This document shows positions 60,791 through 64,000 of a stretch of 64,000 bases of DNA, piece after piece. The DNA lies in contig ADNK01002345.1 of NCBI GenBank assembly GCA_000320545.1, positions 1-64,000 of the forward strand. The letters are read 5' to 3'. Made by a program: the position numbers and the translations under genes. The number at the start of each line of letters is the position of its first letter. The stretch's first letter is position 1. The notes beneath the pieces were generated by a model. The model saw nothing but the letters and a program-made list of their open reading frames with translations, did not search any database and was not told the origin of the DNA. This stretch comes from Bigelowiella natans CCMP2755 (taxonomy: Eukaryota; Protista; Cercozoa).

Positions 60791-61891
60791 TCACAGTTCG
60801 GCATCTTTGCCAGTCAGGATCTTGAAGATCTCCTTGTACTTCTCCATTGCCTTTTCGCAAACCTCCTTGGGAAGGGGAACCCCCACCCCCGTCGCGGTCG
60901 AAGTTGATGGAGATGAGGTAGTCACGGACGTACTGCTTGTCGAGTGAGTCTTGCTGCTGCCCGACAACGTATTTCTTCTTATCCCAGTACCGGGAGCTAT
61001 CAGGCGTAAGCACCTCGTCGCCAACTATGAGTAGACCCTCGAGCAGGCCCATCTCAAACTTCGTGTCAGCGATGATTATTCCCTTCGACTCCGCGTACTT
61101 CACAGCTTCGCCGAAAAGCTTCAGGGCGGTCTCTTTGAGGTCTTTGAAGTTGAATCCCTGTTTTTTCAAGATCCCTGCGGCCTGCTCCTCGGTGATGTTC
61201 TCATCGTGATCTCCGAACGCCGCCTTTGTGGCAGGGGTGAATATAACAGAAGGAAGCTTTTGGCAGTTTCGGAGGCCCTCGGGGAGCTTGTGGCCGCATA
61301 CAGCGCCGCTCTTCTGATAATCTTTGAAACCAGAGCCAGTAAGGTATGCGCGACAGACAGCCTCGACGGGAATCATCTTAAGCTTCTTTACGAGCATACA
61401 TCGGCCCTTAAGTACCTCCTTGTGCTTCTGCACTTCCTTCGGCATCTTATCGATGTCGCAGGTGATCATATGGTTTTTGACACCGCATTTTTCCTCCAGG
61501 TAGTTGAACCAGAACTCGGAGAGCTGGTTGAGGATCTTGCCCTTACCTGGGACTGGGGTAGTCATGACGCGGTCGAAGGAAGAGATGCGGTCGGACACAA
61601 CGAAAAGAGACGTCTTCTCATCAACTTCATACACATCCCTTACTTTCCCCTTGTAGACCTAAGAAATTTTCCCGGGTTAGATTCATTGACTTTGCAGCGA
61701 GGTGGTGTGTATTTCAGAGGGAGACATTATGTGGTGTGTGTGTGTGTGTGTTTGTGTTTGTGTCTGTGTTGTGTGTTTGGGACGGCGATAGTGTTCAGCC
61801 ACATAGCACGCAGCACCTTTTTGAGGCCTTCGAGGTTGGTGTCGAGCACTCCCTTTGCAAAATATTCTGTGTTTTCTTTTGCCTCGGCCAT
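60791..61891 (-). CDS. purC: SAICAR synthetase (monofunctional PurC/Ade1), 2 exons, apparent 1-nt indel near the 3' end
   Basis: Exon 1 reads MAEAKENTEYFAKGVLDTNLEGLKK and exon 2 VYKGKVRDVYE. Also SDRISSFD, GKGKILNQLS, IPVEAVCRAYLTGS, IFTPATKA, IIADTKFEMG, DEVLTPDSSRYW and SLDKQYVRDYL. The natural C-terminus (GVPLPKEV...KILTGKDAEL*) is in another frame. Confidence 0.95.
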
Positions 61892-62429
61892 GATTCAAGC
61901 TTTGGATTCTGGGGTGGATTGGTGTTCTCCTTTTGTGAGATACTTTTAAATTATTATTTCCGAAGCTCTCAGTCTTGAATATTGCAATAAACTCCTCCTT
62001 TAATTACTAAAAGCAGGATATTTTATGAATTTGATCCTGCTCTCAGGAGAAATGTAGCACTTATCGCGGTATGTCAGCCTTCCCGAAAGGGAATTGAAAT
62101 CTGAACTACCGCATGCCATCTGTTATGAGATGCGACATGCAAAATCAGCATTTTCTTTTCAAAATCGGGTGGCATTTTGTACTCCCCTCGTCCGACTACT
62201 GTCCAACCCCCTCCTGCATCGGTGGATTTTCGTGGGAAAACTCCGTCGTGACGGATTCTGGGAGATTTCGCCCAAAAAACGCCCTTTCTCCTCGGTGGAA
62301 AAGTCAGTACATGTACACGAGGCATGGAAATACTCCGGACAACGTTGTTGTTTATTGTTCTGCAATAAAGACGATATCCGCGATGTTTGCTCGATATTCT
62401 GTGTGCTAGACCTGCGGGTCGTCCGGAGG

Positions 62430-63534
62430 GCCGCCGAGTGTTGCCAGAAGCCGATGAACCAATTCTTGGCGATTTCTTTGCGATTCCTACCCGATGTTTC
62501 AAGGGTATTATATAGTCCAAATTGTGCACCAATATTAATATCCTTTTGAGATATTTCCCGCATATAATTTTGCCTGTTCGAGGGGGAAGTATTAGTCAAC
62601 GGCTCGGAAGGGCTACGAGTACTCCGACTCCCAGGGATGGAGGCCCTGCATGCCTTGATGGTGGAGGCTGATGGGGATGATCGTCTGGGCAACGGGTAGA
62701 TAATACTGCATTCCTCTGCTCACATAGTTCGTCTCTTTAAAATGTGCTTATCTTACTTCTCTCGCCACGAGAAACAAGACACTAACGCACAAGCTGTGTT
62801 GTTGACCATCACTGCTGCTGCTGCTGCTGCTGCTGCTACACGTTTTAGCACCAAAGCGATCGTCTTCGACATCAATCTTCTCCAGCGCCTGCTTGCTCGA
62901 AACCGCAATCAGCATCGAGGAGCAGTGTACTATCGGAGGCTCCAGAGGGTGCTGTTCTACTATTGAGGATACGTGCCACTGCTTTTCACGAAAACGCGCA
63001 GCTGATTCCCACTTCCCTCGAGTAGGTTCACAAGGTTCTGGAGCAGCTGCGAAAGGACACAGTACTTTGTTTCAAAGAAGACAAGTCATTAGAGAATTCG
63101 GAGGGGGAGGGCTATGTGTCCACCCTCTGTGAAATGGGTTCTATGGTTAGCGAGGTAAAATGCAGACAAATATCGAGGGGGGGCGGGGTAGGGACTAGAT
63201 GAGTGCAGGAGGCTTTATATCGTGCCACCCAGTCCAATATTCACTGTTGTTATCTCGAATCACATAGGCGGTGAAGCAAATAAAGAATTCAAGCTCCTTG
63301 GTAAGATTCGAAACTTCCTCTCTGATGTATTCCCCACTCCCCTCCCCCCCCCGTCGTTTCTAGCTCTCCATGCGCGCGCGCGTGCTTGTGAGTGTGTGTG
63401 TGTGTGTCGTAACTGTCACTTTACAAAGGTAATCAGTCTTCTGGCCAACACATTCTTCATGGCTTTCGCGCTGACTATCTTCAGGTCTAATGAGGCGAAA
63501 CACACGCAAACACATGCGGAAACATACGCACACA

Positions 63535-63576
<42 letters not shown>

Positions 63577-63909
63577 ATGTATATATGTATATGTATGTGT
63601 ATATTATATAAAGAGAGAGTAACAGGTTTGAACCCAAAACCTTAATGCCGCTCTCCACCCAACTTCCATGTTGTTCTGGTGCGCAGCCTCCTCGCCAACA
63701 TCCACGAAGCCCTCGTTCCAGTGCTAAAACTGCTTTCGAAGGAGTTCCTCAACCTCTCGCCCCACCAAATCCCGGAGAAATACCGGGATGAGAACCCGGA
63801 ATGGCTGCTGAGAAGATCATCGATGTCGCACAACGTAAGGGAGCAAAGCTACAATCGACTCAAAGCAGCATGCATCCGAAAAGCTTCAAAACCAGAAACG
63901 CATGCATAA
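62430..63909 (+). CDS. Probable Rmp1/NEPRO-like (RNase MRP-associated) protein
   Basis: Exon FDINLLQRLLARNRNQHRGAVYYRRLQR resembles the N-terminal RNxNQHR motif of Rmp1/NEPRO. Further plus-strand exons continue to ORF 63679..63909. The start is uncertain. Confidence 0.4.
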
Positions 63910-64000
63910 TCCCCCCCCCACCCCACCCCCCCTTGCTGCTATTGCTGTGCGTTCATCGACCGATAGATTTATCTGTACTGTCTTATGCTTCCATCGTCAC

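Noticed and set aside
1-64000. CRISPR arrays, rRNA, tRNA genes
   Set aside because: I saw no regularly spaced repeat-spacer arrays or tRNA/rRNA signatures. The only tRNA-like sequence is the retrotransposon PBS.

Overview
This is eukaryotic nuclear DNA from an intron-rich protist. The gene content (heterotrimeric G-beta, dynein LC8, an ISIP1-like protein) suggests a marine SAR-type lineage, which is inference. No rRNA, tRNA or CRISPR features were seen. Recognisable genes are phospholipase B-like, a GT92-like glycosyltransferase, an ABCC/MRP transporter, a choline-transporter-like protein, a gluzincin metallopeptidase, dynein light chain LC8, G-protein beta, arylamine N-acetyltransferase, an ISIP1-like beta-propeller, SAICAR synthetase and a probable Rmp1/NEPRO. 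A complete, very young 5.7-kb Ty3/Gypsy LTR retrotransposon sits at 5168-10884 and is the most unusual feature. Its integrase has D(27)E rather than D(35)E spacing, its target-site duplication is either 3 bp or requires a non-canonical end, and a degenerate Dam/DIRS-type adenine-methyltransferase-like module appears fused to its C-terminus. Intergenic tracts rich in short palindromes (CTAG, AGCT, CATG, TGCA) share motifs with each other. They flank intron-poor genes, including a 725-aa orphan with a perfect internal duplication, and one contains a captured, intron-bearing fragment of the neighbouring ABCC gene. Exon boundaries of multi-exon genes were traced by eye and are approximate.
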